Below, piece by piece: positions 60,879-64,000 of a stretch of 64,000 nucleotides of DNA. Positions within the stretch are counted from its first letter, which is position 1. Every line of letters begins with the position of its first letter. This DNA comes from Chiloscyllium plagiosum (lineage: Eukaryota), in the NCBI RefSeq assembly GCF_004010195.1, contig NC_057719.1, positions 49,939,713 through 50,003,712 on the forward strand, written 5' to 3'. Both the position numbers and the translations under genes were made by a program. The notes beneath the pieces are model-generated. The model was not told the DNA's origin, did not search any database, and saw only the letters and a list, made by a program, of their open reading frames with translations.

Positions 60879-61628
60879 ATAAGAATATATTTAAGGTGCA
60901 ATATTCCTACAGAGGCTGTATTTTCATCAACAAGGAATAAATTTTACAGAGTAATTTTATTTAAATTAATTCAATCTGCGCTGAAATGTTAATTTTCTTC
61001 AACAATTAAAACAGTTTGAAAGTCATTCCATGAGAATTTGCAGGAACAATGTTGGTACATTCTATTCATATGGGACAAAAAAAATGTGTAGACATCAATA
61101 ACCAAGATTATACAAAAGCTGCCACGGAGGGGTTGGAAATGGTCGATGGTTTGGTGCCTGCTGAGGTTCTAAATGTTCCTTTAGCTCTGAGACAAAAGAA
61201 CTGAGCCAATCACCAGTTTTCAAAATACTGTTTCAGTCTTTGGGAGTCCAGGGTACCCACTTGCATCATCTACCCAATTCATCTCATATGATGTACCAGC
61301 CTCAAGTCTCACATCAGTTCACAAGTGAGCTGAAAACCAGCAGATGGCTGAGGATGTATCATGTTGAAATCTTAACTGCATCACTCACTCTTGGCTGTTT
61401 CTAGAAGGACTGCTGGCCCTTAAATTGAGGTTTGTCTGAAAGTTGGAACTAACTGTTCTCCAGGTGTAAGTTCACATTTTTGTGGGGTGATTTTCATATG
61501 GATCCACTCTGTTCACATCTGTATACTGGGCAATAAAGTGATGAAAATAAGATACACAATCTTGACCAGTTAAAAGCCAATCTGTAAACAAAGACTTCTT
61601 CGCCTGAGGGCAATGAGAATGTGGAATG

Positions 61629-62231
61629 TGTTATGAAATGTGCATTTAGGAACAATTTGTTCTGTCATGTTTCTATAATCTTGGAACTGAGCTGTATGCT
61701 CTGAGCTGAAAAATGTAGCGAGGTTTGGTTTTTTAAAAGTTGGAACAATAGAAGCAGCATGAAGACATGGGGCCAAACTCCCACAGAACCAGGATTTTGT
61801 TTTAGCTTTCAGTGATTACTGGGGTCTTAAAGCTGGACGTGGAAGCTGTTATTCCTCTCTCTGTTACAGCTAAAAGCTTGAGTTCTCTTCTTGCTCCTAG
61901 AATTGCATGTGATACAATCCATTTTATTGAATTTGCCTTTGCCAAGGGCGCGTTTATTTATTTTAAAACTATTTTGGAACAGTTTCTATTTAGTAGTTAA
62001 ATTATCTATTATTCTGTTAAACTTTCCAATACAGTTGTTATTCCAATACTTCTTTCTTTTGTTTATATTTTAACTATAGTATAATAATAATTGTTTTGCT
62101 TCAAGCTTGATAACTTGACCAATTGAATTGCATCTGGAACATAACGCCTTATACTTGCCTTAAAATAAGAAAATGCTGGGGTCTAGGCCATCATCTTAAA
62201 ATATTTTGAGGGAGTGGTCTGGTTCATAACA
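61629..62231. mobile_element. Solo LTR (603 bp), probably from a Gypsy-like LTR retrotransposon
   Basis: TG...CA termini forming a perfect 9-bp inverted repeat (tgttatgaa / ttcataaca), flanked by a 4-bp TSD aatg at 61625-61628 and 62232-62235. Confidence 0.75.
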
Positions 62232-64000
62232 AATGAACTTTGAAACATTTCAATATTGACTCTCTAAGTGCTTACTCTTACTTCCCAAGTGACGAAGAGA
62301 AAGAAATAAAATGGAAAAATTGTATTTAAAAAAATGCAGCTGAAAATGGGCAAGCATTTCAATAGATTTACAACTGTCCGGGTAAAAGCCTGTGATCCGA
62401 AGTTAGAGCTATATGGTAGTCATAAATGTTTAACATAGTTTATGAGATTATTTAACATTGCTGTTACTGTCACATTGGAGATCATACAGCAATTCTCTGA
62501 ATAAACAAAAGTAAATTTGAGACAGTCAATGTTTGAAGGCATATAATATTTGCTGATTTTCACTTGAAACTTGTGCCTCTCAAGATTGTTACTACTTAGT
62601 GAGTTGATACCTTGGGTGTTGTTCTAACCAAAGTACAGTGCAATATTGTCAAAGATTTTTATGTAAATACAAGCATGTGGGTTTCAAGGAAGGTCACTGT
62701 GAATTTAGCTATAACAGAGATGTGTAAGTGAATAAGGTAGAAATCCTATTTTCAATCAATACTGACACAATAAAAATATTTATACCCTGCGGATGAGTTT
62801 TCACAGGGGAGGTGGGAATGGGCATGGGGTTGGGGGATGGGGAAGTGATAGAGTGAGTTGCTAAACCAACCAAATACACCAGCTCAAGGTCCAACTGATT
62901 TTAATGGTCAGTTCACAAAATAATGTGACTAATTATGTTTCCATCCAAAATGGGAAAAAGGTCACTCAGAAACATCAGAAAGGAAGGTAATCTAGAGGCT
63001 ACTCACCAAGTCCAAGGTAAGTGCAGGTAGATATGGGGACTCAAGGACAGTATGAACTCTATGAAGGGAGTGGGTAGAGTCAGAGACAGGGAGAGCTATA
63101 CTTGCCCTATGAAACCAGAAGGGCCAATTCAATCAACATATTTTGAGTTCCAGCTATTGTCTGTGGGTGCTCTGGGTTAAAGTGTCATTTTGGTCATTTT
63201 CATGTATATGATTTTGATTCACATACAAAATCACAACAAAGCTGGAACTGAGTAATCCTATTCCATTATATTGCCTGCCTGATTTCTAACAATCCTGCTG
63301 AGTTACAGTCCAAACCCATGAGAAAATTATTTAACGCTCTTTTTGTTGCTGACTGATTAAGGTTCAAAGTAAATTCAGTGTGGTCATTGAAGTTCATGTG
63401 ACATAACTTGACTGACAAGAAATATTTCAAGCATAATTGGATTGCTTGTTTTTGGTGATTTGGTGCCATTTCAATCTAAGAGTCTGGAATCTTAAATATC
63501 TTTTTTTTGGAAGAAACACTGGCTGGGATTTTCCTACAGCAAAGAGTGTAGATGGGAGTTGTGCGTGGGACCCTGCAGAATCCCCATCGTAGCAAACTCC
63601 AAAGAAATTACCCAGAAATGTGACAGTTAATTTGGAGAATTGAGAGGGTTCCAATGAAATTAAGCAAATAGTTTTTCAGGAAAAGTTAGACAATAACATA
63701 CAGTGACTGGCTCCTGAGTAATTATTCGACTGACTTCAAAATTAGCTCTGATACCCAAACACAAACAATGCCTGCTGCTGACTCGCTGTCCAGTCCAAAC
63801 TCATTGACCTTCTTCTCTCACTCTGGACCTGATCTGCCTCTGTATGTGCCTCACCTTTCCTTCTTTATCTCCACTTCTTCACCCACTTCAGCCCTCCAGA
63901 CACAATCTTCCTCCTTCTGGGATCTGATATGCGGCATGCTTTCAGTGGCTTTCCACCCATGTCATCAAATGCCCTCTGCAGTCTCTTGACCCAGTAGACA

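Noticed and set aside
1..64000. CRISPR arrays, operons, prokaryotic defence or retron systems
   Set aside because: The sequence is vertebrate genomic DNA with no regularly spaced repeat-spacer array, and all RT and nuclease motifs belong to eukaryotic retrotransposons.

Overview
Eukaryotic, repeat-dense vertebrate DNA. The repeat families (HE1-type SINEs, CR1-clade LINEs, Penelope-like elements, Deu-domain SINEs) point to a shark or other elasmobranch; this taxon call is an inference. The only host gene I can support is the 3' end of ARMH4 (C14orf37) on the minus strand, which the ORF track misses. It has three canonical GT-AG coding exons at 40439-40470, 39676-39810 and 31350-31418, encoding (x)RNWLEKIKDK-AGYMSGMLVPVAVGVAGALFILGALYSFKVMNRKRKSVFKRRETK-PKDFTSMQDRVMLLADSSEDEF*. 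A probable 3' UTR of about 1.2 kb follows. Everything above 40470 is probably one long intron, and everything below about 30 kb is probably intergenic. Most ORFs in the track are decayed retrotransposon fragments or noise. I found no convincing new multi-gene system. The most interesting signals are: (1) four retroposon 5' junctions carrying inverted copies of nearby DNA, all with the same fold-back polarity; (2) a 21-nt micro-inversion shared by two distant HE1 SINE copies; (3) Penelope-derived hammerhead ribozyme motifs and long hairpins, some in the sense orientation of ARMH4 introns; (4) clustered miR-25/92-family and miR-137 seed matches in the putative ARMH4 3' UTR. Repeat boundaries were read by eye and are approximate unless a target-site duplication (TSD) is quoted.
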